Assembly (NCBI GenBank): GCA_036867785.1
Contig: CP145420.1
Span: 1,116,001 to 1,180,000 of the forward strand
From: Plasmodiophora brassicae
Taxonomy: Eukaryota
Reading direction: 5' to 3'
Length of the DNA: 64,000 bases
Below are positions 20,605 through 31,369 of the stretch, one piece after another. Below the pieces are notes generated by a model. The model did not search any database, had not been told where the DNA came from, and worked only from the letters and a program-made list of their open reading frames with translations. Numbering within the stretch: position 1 is the stretch's first letter; each line of letters opens with the position of its first letter. The translations under genes and the position numbers were made by a program.

Positions 20605-21959
20605 AATGTTGTTCGATGGACTACGTGCTGTCCATCTCGCGAGGCATTCGGCAGCATCTATTAAGTTCCTCTTCACCGCAGGATTGACTCTGTCAGGGAG
20701 TACTGATGTCGAGGCTCCTGTTGCGCTGGGGGTCCACCCATGGGGGTCGGCCGCTGAGCTAGGTGAATGACACTTTCTAGATGTATATGGACCGGGCTCC
20801 ACCCATGGGGGTCGAGCGCACCATTGCTGATGTCGTCGTTTGCTACTTTGCACTCGGTCAAGGTACCTGAGGTTCTTTGATACGCTAAATCGTGTATGCA
20901 TAGGTGGAAGACGGTCTCGAAGAGGGTGTCCGTAAATGGATTTTCCACCGATTTGTCCCATGGGGTTACAAGGTGGTTTTTAGTGAGTAGTGGGTGTTCT
21001 GCACTCGAGTCTCACACTACCCTGCGTCTTCGTCCGTCATTCTCCTCTCGACTGCTCCTCTGACTCCGGTTCTGAGTTCGGGAAAAGGCAGTGTAGTCCG
21101 GGGTCCTATATTTAGCTCCTCATCACCTACGTCAGCATCAGCATCCTCCAGATATTCACATGCGCCAGAGATTCATGTGTCGAGATATGCGGGGATCGAG
21201 AGCACGCGATCACGTGCGCCGCTGGTGGGAGAGCGGGGTACGGGATCGATGGTGGATAAACGGCATTCGTCTATTGTGTCACCCGAGGCTTGACGGAAGA
21301 CACTATACCATCGATGACTAAGGGAGGAGGAGGCGGTTGCGTGTGTCCCGAAATTACGTTTGGAACGTGCGGTTCGAGCAGGGACACATGAAACACGTCA
21401 TGGATCTTCATGGCCGGCGTCAATTCGAGTTGAACGGCAACGGGGTTGACGATATGGCGGATGCGAAACGGTCCCATAAGGGGAAAGTCAAGCTTCGCTC
21501 ACGGTCGGTGCGTGGACAGTCCCTGGCGCCGCGACACGACGAAATCCCCGACGCGGTAAAGACGGTGTGGCATCCGACGTGCGTCCGCCGTCCGTTTCAT
21601 GTTGGCGATGGCCTTTTGGAGACGCGCGTGTAGCACCTGGCGGATTTGGTCCATGTGCGGGGCACGTTCCTCAGCTGACGGATTGACATGACCGGCCGCA
21701 CGGGTCGTAACTCGTATGCACGCGGATGGAATCCGTAGTTGACGTAGAACGGAGACGTGCCCGACGGAATGCTTGGCGTTGTTGTACGCGAATTCTGCCA
21801 ACGGTAAGAATCCTAGCCAGTCATTCTGCAGGTAGTTGATGAAACACCGTAGGTATTGCTCCAGGACCTGATTAACGCGCTCAGTCTGACCGTCGGACTC
21901 GGGATGTCGCGAGGAAGGCAGGTTTCGCTGCATACCTAGGCTGTGCAACTGGAATGGCA

Positions 21960-22120
21960 TTGTACAGCACTTGGCAGGGTCCAGTGCTGGTTTTCCTTGG
22001 ATGCATTCAAGGGCTTTTGGCTGATGCCGCTAGCAAAGGAACGTCAGGAGATGTTCTCGTTCGCAACGACAGCGGAGTATTCACACCAACCAGAACAAGA
22101 AGGTGCGGTAAACGCGAATA
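21960..22120 (+). pseudogene. Short Gypsy RT fragment (A/D/E-like)
   Basis: WFSLDAFKGFWLMPLAKERQEMFSF. Confidence 0.75.
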
Positions 22121-23711
22121 TTTTGCTATCCCTGGACGCCGCTGGACACGCAGTTGAACTTCACTGTAACCAACAGACACCAGCAACGGTAACGAATATC
22201 TGTATTCCACTAGTACACGCTCTCGACGGACTCCGTCTCGTTTTCGCCTTCTTCAGCGCGCTCAGTCAACACCCAGATGACCTGAACGACGATGTCCGGG
22301 TATTTGAGTCCGCGCACATCGCGCTGCAACGCCTTCGGATAAACATTCGAGGCGAGTGGCATCTCAATGATCGCAGTCCGTCGCTCCTTAGCAGCGTAGA
22401 AGCCCATCAATGCTTGCGATTGTGGACAACTTAACAAAGCGGCGGCGTCAGACTTCTTCGTCGGGCTTGCAGGCCCGTTCCTTCAGATGTATCAAGAACC
22501 TGCTGCCATCCGCCGAGACCTGGCCACGAACATCCATGGTCATGACGTTCTTTGCCACGATCATGTAATGTTTGTTATCAGCTAGGTTCGACATAGGGAA
22601 TCAAGTCGTAGAGCACATCGCCCATTGTGCAGTCGGCGCTGATTCGATTCTCCTTGTCATACGAAGAGCAGGCGCCCGCTTGCCTGCTCCTCGTTGGTGT
22701 TAATGACGTCGGCCTCGAACCAGTCCTCGTCCGTTTCCTTCCGGGGGTGTCAAGAGGTGTCTCCCCGGCCTCCTCTGCCTCGTCATCCAAGAAATTATCC
22801 CCTGAGCATATGAGTAAATGAGCACTGCTCACAATCAGCAGCAGGAAGATATCATACTCCTCGACTTCAACGCGGTTCACATCTGCTTGATCTTGGTGTC
22901 CAACTTCGTAGAGGAGAACGGGTCGAAGAGAGGATTGATCCGCTTAACGGGTTTGCCCGTCAGCGGCGCGACTTCGCTGTCCTCCTGGAGGAGCACCTTT
23001 TCGAGCGCTTCGTCGTGCGATGTCGTCCACACATCCCCGCGAGGTTGGTGGCCCATGCACTCAGCGCAGCTGGTTGCAGTACTGGCTGCGGTCTCGAGGG
23101 AGGCGGCGGCATTACAAGGGCGCTGTTTCGGGGCCTGATAACTGCTGTCGGATCAGGATCCATTCCGGGTCGGGAGCTCATTTCGGACACCCTTTCGGAT
23201 CGGTAACCTGGACGGTAGATGAATGCATACACGTGTCCACGCTGCAAACGGTCTGGACGGCAAAATCGTCTCGGACGTCTAAAACGTTTTAGACGTCTAG
23301 CACGTTCTCTCTCAAACTTCAACGGCGTATATCGATACAACCAGGCGGTGTTCAAGACTTCCGACTTGTGAGTCAATGACAGGACAATGGGGAGCAGTTT
23401 TCGGGTTTCACTTTAGGTGTCTTGGCATTGAGAGGAATAATTTCTCATTGTTAGCTCGCGGCCGCGCCGCTCCAGAGGCGCTGGTCGAAATTGGCGCGCA
23501 GATGCTCAGGTATCTGGAGATAAACCACCGTCTACTGGGGACGTCACTGGCCTAGACGTTTTAGACGTCTAGGACGTCTAAAACGTCTTGTTCGTCTAAA
23601 ACGTTTTTGATGTCCAAAACGTTTTGCCAGCAGACGAACATTTCTTGCCGGTCCTCGGCTTACCGCACGCACAGCGCACTTTGGACAGCGACAAGCGCGG
23701 TTGGCCTGATC

Positions 23712-24199
23712 AGTTAGTTTAGTTAGTTTAGTTTTATTTGTTTTTCGCGCTTTTCTTCACGCAGGCGCCTCGGTCTCGAGTCCGAGGATCGAAGGTTCAG
23801 CAGCAGAACGCCAACATCACCCGGCCTGGCCGTGCCGGCCCGTCACCTTTGTACTGGGTTCATCGCGCCTTGGACGATATCGGAACGGGACGTGATTCGC
23901 TCAGACTTGTCGACTGCACTCTTGTCGTACCTCTTTCGCCATACCGCCTATTCCGGGGAGCCGACATACACTTGTTACGGGCCGTTCTTTTACCTTCCAG
24001 ACGCTCAAGCGAGACCCCTAATGGCTCTGGCACTTTGGGCTGCCTGATCAATAAACACATCCCTTCAACATTTACGGCTGTTGGTCACCGGGACATTTTT
24101 TGGGGGAGATCGTGCCTCGAACTGGGGACCTTGCGGTCCCACGACTGCTTGCTGACCTGCTGGTACTCCTGACCAGCTAGGTCACTGGGGCAGCGCCCC
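23712..24199 (-). mobile_element. tRNA-derived SINE, copy 1
   Basis: 13-bp TSD ggttggcctgatc. Minus-strand head has A-box-like TGACCTAGCTGG and B-box-like AGTTCGAGGC. Tail is aataaaa plus (AAACT)-type repeats. Confidence 0.85.
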
Positions 24200-24256
24200 G
24201 GTTGGCCTGATCGAATTGCGCGGGCATTTGTCACGGCATTCGCCTGGAGGGGCGCG

Positions 24257-24593
24257 ATGGTACTGGATGATGCTACAGTGTTTATCTCGCTGGCGCGTTC
24301 GGTGATCGGTGTCCCGAGGGCACGCACCTCATCTCCGTACTTTCAAAGGAAATTCAAGGCCTTTTTCGGTGTAAGTTTGCGTGCATGCCTTCGTGTCTGG
24401 CTCGATGTACGCTTTGCTGGTCCCGAGCGCCCATCCCATCAACACCTGTTCTGGGCCTTGCATATGCTGAAGCAGTATCCCTCTGAGGAGGTCGGGTGCC
24501 GCGTCTTCAGTGTGACCGAGAAGACCTTCCGACACTGGTCCTGGGTGGTTATCAAGAGGAACGCAAACCTTGACTACTTACCTGTCCGTATTG
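24257..24593 (+). pseudogene. Harbinger/ISL2EU-like transposase N-terminal fragment
   Basis: RKFKAFFGVS...HLFWALHMLKQYPSEE...EKTFRHWSWVVI resembles the HTH region upstream of DDE_Tnp_4. Cut by the Copia insertion. Confidence 0.55.
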
Positions 24594-27500
24594 TGTCAGA
24601 CTTTCGCCCAGTAGCTCCAGCTTCGATCGGGATGCCCTCGGAACATTCCGAGAGGCAACTAACCTGCGGACTGCGCGATACATAAAAATTATTTCTGGTG
24701 TTGTATTGCGTCGAGGCGGACCGTCCACTTCTGTCAGATTAACAGTCGTAAGAGGCGCTGCGATGTCGGACGGGACGGTCGATCCGGTGGGCAAGAAGGG
24801 CATGGGGTCGCTTGCCCGGATCAGGGACGCGGCCGAAGACTTCAAGGAAGCGTTCGTCACCGACACACTGGAATCACTGAGGCCCGAGCACGAGCTCGCG
24901 CGAGAGGCGGTCGTCAACAGCATCAATCGCATGGCTGTCTGCAAGCAAAATTGGACACGAGCGATGAGGGCACTGAAGCTCGAGGACGATGATGACGTTG
25001 ATGTCGTCGCTGCCATGATGCTGACCATGCGAATGACGGAGGACTGGATGGAACTTCTAGAGGACATGTACTGCGATCGCCTAGGGGTCAGGAGGAAGCG
25101 AACGCAAGCATCGGAGCGGGCGCAGGCATTGCGATCGAACCCTGAAACAGTTACGCGATGGGAAGAACTGATGTCCAAGATTACCCAGAAGGGGACGGTG
25201 ATGACGGAGGAATTCCAGATTTCGATTTTGAGGAACCGAATGTTGAGACGCTACGACTTGGATGTCAAGGACTTCGAGACTAAGGGTGAGCTGTTCAAGC
25301 ACTGCATTGCCAAGGACCCTAAAGGCATGCGATCGAGCAAGAGGGACGGCAAGAAAGAGGATGACGAAGACACGGTGATGTTCACCCTGAGGAACGGGAA
25401 GAAGGTCAACCTGGCCACCGTTAAATGTCACCGATGCAACCAGATGGGACACTTTCAATGGATGAGAGACAAGTGCAATAAGGCCGGCAGTGACGACGGC
25501 AAAAGTGAGGACGGAGAGATGTTCATGACGGTCAAGGACAAGGGCAAGTTCGACGAGGACATCTGGGTGAATGACGACGCAGCCCCGTGGCATGTTTGCA
25601 ATTCGCGGGAGGCATTCGTGGACATGGACGAATGCCAAGGCAAGGTACTGGGAGGCGACAAAGAGTATGAGGGCGCCGACATCGCGGGGATCGGGACCGT
25701 GCGCATCACGACGAAGAGCGGCAATCAGATCACGCTTAATGAGACGCGCTACGTGCCGAGCTTCAAGACCAATCTCATATCCGGTCAAAGAGTGATTGAC
25801 ATGGGATGTACAGTGAGGGGAGACAAGACAAGATTGGAGTACATGCGCAAGGGCAAAGTGGTGCTAAGCATGTCGCGATACAAAGGGTACTGGGCGCTAA
25901 GGGCAACCCCGAAACTTCAGTCGGTTCTATTCGGACAACCTGGACCGGCGGTGTCGCTGAGCACGTGGCACGAACGCTTTGGACATGCATCGTATGACAA
26001 GCTGATGAAGTTGATCAAAGAAGAATCGTGCGAGGGCCTGAACGCGTCGGACGTCAAGGCACCTGAGGGGAAGTGTGTCGATTGCTATATCGGGAAAAGC
26101 AAACGGCAAGCATTCGTGAAAGAAGGCGACGAGGCGAAGGAAATCGGAGAGGTGATACACGCGGACATCAGTGGCAAGTTCTCTGTCAGGGGACGGAGTG
26201 GGAACTGGTACTTCTCTGTACTCCGAGACAAGAAGAGTCGACATGGGTGGGTCAAGCTGATCAAGCGGAAAAGCGAAGCGGGCCAGCACTTCATGGAATT
26301 CAAGCCCTGGTTCGAGCGCCAGACGGGGAGGAAGATCAGAAGGTACGCCAACGACAAGGGAGGCGAATTCGTGTCAAAGGAACTGCGGGAGTATTTGAGC
26401 GCTGAGGGCATCGAGATTTGGGAGACCAACACTGCCACACCGAATGAGAACGGACTTGCCGAACGATACGTGGGGATGATCAAGGACATGGCGACTACGA
26501 ATCACGAACGATCAGGCCTACCGAGAATGTTCTGGGATGATGCCGTGGAACACGCTGGAGTCATCACACCACTGCTGCCGACGAACAAAGTAGAAGACGG
26601 GAAGACACCATTCGAGATCATCCACAACCGGAAGCCGCGAGTTTCACAACTGAGACCATTCGGATGTCAGGCGATCGTGTACCAGTCGAAAGACACGCGA
26701 AGGAGTTCGAGATCAAAAGCGAAGGGCATCGAAGGAGTGATGATCGGGTATGCGCCCAGCCGCCCAGGGTACAAAATCTACATCACAACGTCCAAGAAGG
26801 AAGAGACAAAGGCGAAGTTGATCATGAACGAGATGGCAATGTTCGCTGACGCCGAACCCGACGTGGGAATGCAGGACGTAATGAACGAAGTCATGTTCCA
26901 ACAGACCAAGGCGAGTGAGGTACCACTACCAACATCGTACGAAGAGGCGATCGCGAATGAGAATTGGAAAAGAGCAATCGAGGACGAGCAAGAGGCCATG
27001 AGAAACCGCGACGTGTTCCGACTGATGCCATTACCGACGGGTCGAAAGGCATTGAAATGCGACTACGTCTACAAGGCGAAAGCGAATCCTGATGGATCCG
27101 TGAGCAAGTATAAGGCGCGACTTGTTGCGAAGGGGTACGACCAGGTGAAGGTGATTGACTACGTGGACACCTTTGCACCGGTGGCAAAGCTAGCAACTCT
27201 GAGGCTGCTGATTGCGTTGAAGGTGATACGGCGGTATACCGCCTGGCAAAGGGACGTCAAAACGGCATTCCTGTACGCCGACTTGAAGGAGGACGTATAC
27301 ATCCAACAACCAAAACGCATGGAAGACGATGACCACCCGGACTGGGTGTGGAAGTTGAATAAGTCGATCTACGGCCTGAAACAAGCATCGGTCGAGTTCT
27401 ACAAGCATCTAGTGACCGCGTTCCTGAAGGGCGGATTTGAACAATGCAAGAGTGATCCGTGTCTGCTGAAGAAGGTCGACGGTGACGATGTCGTGTTCGT

Positions 27501-28625
27501 GGCGTTTCATGTCGACGACATTCCGATCGTGGGGAGCTCAACCCGGATTATGCTCGAGGCTGACCAAGTGCTGAAAGACAACTTCACGGTCGAGGAGAGC
27601 GAGTTCGAATGGATGCTGGGGATCAACATGAAGTGGTCGCCAGACGGAGGCGTGCATCTTAGCCAAGAATCGTTCGTCGAGATGCTCCTGACCAAGTTCC
27701 ATATGACCAGCGCCAAGGGTGCAAACACACCAATGCAGAAGGGCGAGACGATATCGGCACGGGGGAGCCCAAGGACCGACGATGAGCGGATAGAGTCCAA
27801 GCGGCTACCATATCGAGAGTTAGTCGGTTCCTTGTTGTATCTCACCGGTACGAGACCCGACATCGCGTTTGTGGTGGGACGACTGTGCCGTTTCATGGGC
27901 TGCTACGGCGCGAACCACTACGAGGCAGCCAAGCGAGTGCTACGGTATTTGAAGACGACGAAGGACATGGCGTTGAAATACCCTTGCTGTGAACAGAGCG
28001 AACAGCTGAAACTCATCGTGGACTCCGATCACGCAGGATGTCCCGACACCGGAAGGTCCACGACCGGGTATATGATCAAGTTTGGTGAATGCATGATCAC
28101 GTGGAAATCCGTGCTGCAGAAGACTGTGGCGCTGTCGACCACCGAGGCCGAGTACATGGCCCTATGCAGTGGGGTGCGCGAGCTATTGTGGGTGAAGCAG
28201 GTGTGTGAGTTTCTTCAGGTCAAATTTGAAGGACCGATCGCGGTGTTCACGGACAACACTGGAGCGATGGCCATTTCGAACCACCAAGGGGATGACCTGC
28301 GTGGGAGGACCAAGCATATGAACGTGCGCTACCACTTCACGAAAGAACAAGTACATGCAGGAACCATCAAGCTGCACCATGTACCGAGCACGAGGAACGT
28401 TGCGGACATCCTCACGAAGCCACTCACGAGGGATGCATTCGAGGGGCATCGTGCGAAGATCCCGATCGATTCTGCGGGGGAGTGTCAGACTTTCGCCCAG
28501 TAGCTCCAGCTTCGATCGGGATGCCCTCGGAACATTCCGAGAGGCAACTAACCTGCGGACTGCGCGATACATAAAAATTATTTCTGGTGTTGTATTGCGT
28601 CGAGGCGGACCGTCCACTTCTGTCA
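24594..28625 (+). mobile_element. Copia LTR retrotransposon
   Basis: LTRs 24594-24736 and 28483-28625 (143 bp, identical by eye), TSD TATTG, PBS gattaacagtcgta, PPT gcgggggag. Confidence 0.97.
24763..28503 (+). CDS. Copia Gag-Pol (PR-IN-RT-RH order)
   Basis: WHERFGH..C..C, IHADISG, NDKGGEF, NGLAER, YKARLVAKG, DVKTAFL, HVDD, VALSTTEAEY, ADILTKPL. The stop lies inside the 3' LTR. Confidence 0.93.
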   Translation: MSDGTVDPVGKKGMGSLARIRDAAEDFKEAFVTDTLESLRPEHELAREAVVNSINRMAVCKQNWTRAMRALKLEDDDDVDVVAAMMLTMRMTEDWMELLEDMYCDRLGVRRKRTQASERAQALRSNPETVTRWEELMSKITQKGTVMTEEFQISILRNRMLRRYDLDVKDFETKGELFKHCIAKDPKGMRSSKRDGKKEDDEDTVMFTLRNGKKVNLATVKCHRCNQMGHFQWMRDKCNKAGSDDGKSEDGEMFMTVKDKGKFDEDIWVNDDAAPWHVCNSREAFVDMDECQGKVLGGDKEYEGADIAGIGTVRITTKSGNQITLNETRYVPSFKTNLISGQRVIDMGCTVRGDKTRLEYMRKGKVVLSMSRYKGYWALRATPKLQSVLFGQPGPAVSLSTWHERFGHASYDKLMKLIKEESCEGLNASDVKAPEGKCVDCYIGKSKRQAFVKEGDEAKEIGEVIHADISGKFSVRGRSGNWYFSVLRDKKSRHGWVKLIKRKSEAGQHFMEFKPWFERQTGRKIRRYANDKGGEFVSKELREYLSAEGIEIWETNTATPNENGLAERYVGMIKDMATTNHERSGLPRMFWDDAVEHAGVITPLLPTNKVEDGKTPFEIIHNRKPRVSQLRPFGCQAIVYQSKDTRRSSRSKAKGIEGVMIGYAPSRPGYKIYITTSKKEETKAKLIMNEMAMFADAEPDVGMQDVMNEVMFQQTKASEVPLPTSYEEAIANENWKRAIEDEQEAMRNRDVFRLMPLPTGRKALKCDYVYKAKANPDGSVSKYKARLVAKGYDQVKVIDYVDTFAPVAKLATLRLLIALKVIRRYTAWQRDVKTAFLYADLKEDVYIQQPKRMEDDDHPDWVWKLNKSIYGLKQASVEFYKHLVTAFLKGGFEQCKSDPCLLKKVDGDDVVFVAFHVDDIPIVGSSTRIMLEADQVLKDNFTVEESEFEWMLGINMKWSPDGGVHLSQESFVEMLLTKFHMTSAKGANTPMQKGETISARGSPRTDDERIESKRLPYRELVGSLLYLTGTRPDIAFVVGRLCRFMGCYGANHYEAAKRVLRYLKTTKDMALKYPCCEQSEQLKLIVDSDHAGCPDTGRSTTGYMIKFGECMITWKSVLQKTVALSTTEAEYMALCSGVRELLWVKQVCEFLQVKFEGPIAVFTDNTGAMAISNHQGDDLRGRTKHMNVRYHFTKEQVHAGTIKLHHVPSTRNVADILTKPLTRDAFEGHRAKIPIDSAGECQTFAQ

Positions 28626-29148
28626 TATTGCACATCACCGTCGTCATGCTAATACTGAATGTGACCAGATTCAATGGGGTCAGCGTTTTGAGAATTGGGA
28701 CAGAAAAGTACCATCGTGCTCTGTTGACGGGGTCGATTTCTGGGTTCTGGAAAGCCACCCCTTCAGCACAGGTGACTTCTCGCATAGGCTCAAACAGGCA
28801 GCGCTGCGATACTGTGACGACCAAACACGATGAGTCAACCACACGGATTGACCGACTGAGGTCGGTCCGCGCCGTGGAAGTTTATTGTACCTAGTGCGCT
28901 ACGAAGGAGCCCAATTTAATAGTCCCCTTCTATCCGCACCGGGAACGGGCTGCGGGCTTGTCTGGGTGGAAGCGTTTGGTGAGGCTTAGCAAGAACTGCT
29001 TCATCATTAGGCGACAGTCTGTACTCCAGTCGACGAGTCAGGGCGTCAGGTTTCCAATGAACGAAATCAACTTCGCTAAGGAATTGGGGTGAATGAATCT
29101 GTCTTCGATCTAGCTTGTCGGCAAACGCACGTGCGGCGGCGTCCAGGA

Positions 29149-29459
29149 ACATCACCGACGGGAGTTCGAGCCTCCTCGAAGTCCGCCGTGGACGGAGAGT
29201 TTTGGGGAGGATGGTAGATAGTACGGACGCGCCAGGCACGAGAGCAGGTCTGCGAGTCGTCTACACGGGTAGGAGGCGGACATCGCTCGATCGTCGGGGG
29301 GGTACGAGCTTCCCCGGTGAGATGTTTTGTAGACCGGACCGCCCAACTAGGCCACGGGAGCAGCTGCTCTCGCTCTCGTGGCCTAGTTGGCGGTCCGGTC
29401 TACAAAACATCTCACCGACGGGAGTTCGAGCCTCCTCGAAGTCCGCCGTGGACGGAGAG
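29149..29459. mobile_element. Tandem fragment of the palindrome-ended element (internal - palindrome - internal)
   Basis: The internal sequence of 50000-50181 is followed by one palindrome (~29328-29404), then the internal sequence starts again. Confidence 0.85.
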
Positions 29460-29633
29460 ATCGGGGTTGAGAAACGCGGTCGAGGGTGATGAGGCCTGGT
29501 CATCTACTAACTTAGCAAAATGTGCAAAGAAGGACTCGGCGGGCGCTTTCAAGGGCGGGTCCCCGCAGAGACGCTCGAACACAGCTGTGGTATTGGAAAA
29601 TACGGCCACCCAACTAGGATCCAGGTCAGGGCG

Positions 29634-30118
29634 AGTTAATTTAGTTTAGTTTTATTTGTTTTTCGCGCTTTTTCATGACGCAGGCGCCTCGGTCTCGAGT
29701 CCGAGGATCGAAGGTTCAGCAGCAGAACGCCAACATCACCCGGCCTGGCCGTGCCGGCCCGTCACCTTTGTACTGGGTTCATCGCGCCTTGGATGATATC
29801 GGAACGGGACGTGATTCGCTCGGACTTGTCGACTGCACTCTTGTCGTACCTCTTTCGCCATACCGCCTATGCCGGGGAGCCGACATACACTTGTTACGGG
29901 CCGTTCTTTTACCTTCCAGACGCTCAAGCGAGACCCCTAATGGCTCTGGCACTTTGGGCTGCCTGATCAGTAAACACACCCCTTCAACATTTACGGCTGT
30001 TGGTCACCGGGACATTTTTTGGGGGAGATCGTGCCTCGAACTGGGGACCTTGCGGTCCCACGACTGCTTGCTGACCTGCTGGTACTCCTGACCAGCTAGG
30101 TCACTGGGGCAGCGCCCC
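29634..30118 (-). mobile_element. tRNA-derived SINE, copy 2
   Basis: Near-identical to 23712-24199, with a different 13-bp TSD ccaggtcagggcg. Confidence 0.85.
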
Positions 30119-31369
30119 CCAGGTCAGGGCGACAATGGTTGCGAACATCAGAAGATTGAGGCTGTGACCGTCTCGGAAGCCACCATTGGAGGGAGGCGGC
30201 GGGAGCGGCGGGAGAGATCGTCTCACCCCTCATCGAACGGGGCCCCAGTTCCGGAAGGAGGACATAAGGGGCGTGGACTCGGAGCCCGAACGGGGCAATG
30301 ATAAGTGATCGGTGTGGCTGGGGGCAACAGTATCTTTGAAGGCGGCGGCCCCCGGGGAGCTACCATAATCGAAAGCGGAAGGGCTCGGCCTGTCGTCGAC
30401 GGCAGCAATGGCAATGTGGCAGTCCGGGTGGTCGTCGTTAGCTACGGAAGCCAGCTTGCCGTCGACAAACGCGGATGTAAGCGGCAACGTTTCGAGTGAT
30501 TCAGCTGAAGGGATGGCACACGCAGGCGCAGGAACGCTTCGTGAAGGAGGTGAGACCCCATCCGAGAGACTATTCCCGCGCTTCACTGTTGCAAATGGTC
30601 CCGCCGAAGAGACAAAGGACCCAGACTCATGGACGTCTCGTGTACGGCGTGACATCCCCACGAGGGTATCTCCGCGGCGCTGTAGGCGGCGCTGACGCCA
30701 ATCGATATCTGGGTTTGTATCCGCCAACCAAGGCAGCCCAAGAACGACAGGGTGTTGAGGCGAGTGGATCATGTTCAGGACGACGTCACTGTCGAAACAT
30801 CCGTCGACGGTAGCACGTAGCGGGACGGTTTCCTGAGTTACTGGAGACAGGTGTCGCCCGTCGATGACGCGAACAGGAATGGCACGCGATTTAGAGCGAA
30901 CCGGCGTTTTCAGGCAGGACGCAATAAAATGCCCAACTTCGCGATAATAGTGGCAAGCCAGGGGTTGTGCCCTTTGTGACGTCCTAACGGTGATGGTTTA
31001 TCGAACCGTGTGCGTAGTCGTCTGTGTCCTCGACCTGCAGCTCCCACGGACGCCGTGCCGACGCCGTGCGGACTCCGTGCCGACGCCGTGCGGACTCCGT
31101 GCATGTCCGTCATTCTTAGGGCGGCCAGCCGGATCACAGCTATTCTTGTCTTATAGCTTGGAGCCGGCACATTCCCCTCCTTCAAAGAAATGCTCCTCCT
31201 TGCAGGTGTCTTCAGTGGTGGTGTATCGTAATCATTTCTCCTCCTTAATATAGTCTAATTAACATAATTAAGTCTCAATCTTCGTAGAACACAGTTTTGG
31301 CTTCTGTCGTCACATGGCCATCGGCATTAAAATAACCCAGCGCGCATCCGGGAAAAAAGCATGACTAGC

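Larger units (their letters stand above)
15250..21307 (+). mobile_element. Gypsy A: full-length chromodomain LTR retrotransposon
   Basis: LTRs 15250-15465 and 21092-21307 (216 bp, identical by eye), TSD CCAT, PPT gggaaaaggcag, single long ORF. Confidence 0.97.
14884..21945 (-). mobile_element. Gypsy G remnant (Ty3/Tf2-like integrase C-terminus, chromodomain, probable 3' LTR ~14884-15020), interrupted by element A
   Basis: HPESDGQTERVNQVLEQYLR and IHDVFHVSLLEP...PPPPLVIDG lie on one side of A; DSRY....HYLVDWEGY lies on the other. Frameshifted. Confidence 0.8.

Noticed and set aside
20700-20830. Possible hammerhead or HDV ribozyme in the Gypsy 3' UTR or the SINE head
   Set aside because: I could not build a CUGANGA/GAAA core or the nested HDV pseudoknot by eye. 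An Infernal search would settle it.
20673-20948. Antisense ORF MENPFTDTL..., also at 57343-57624, as an env-like or accessory gene
   Set aside because: It starts at GTG and its length and frame are not conserved between A, D and F. RNA structure explains the conservation better.
22150-23376. Short minus-strand ORFs as a host gene
   Set aside because: Fragmented with stops and no recognisable motif. Probably decayed TE sequence.
23262-23630. Clusters of AAAACGT/TAGACGT micro-repeats
   Set aside because: Possibly transposon subterminal repeats, but I could not assign TIRs or a TSD.
23738-24172. 144-aa ORF duplicated at 29675-30091 as a gene family
   Set aside because: It lies antisense within the SINE copies, so it is likely spurious.
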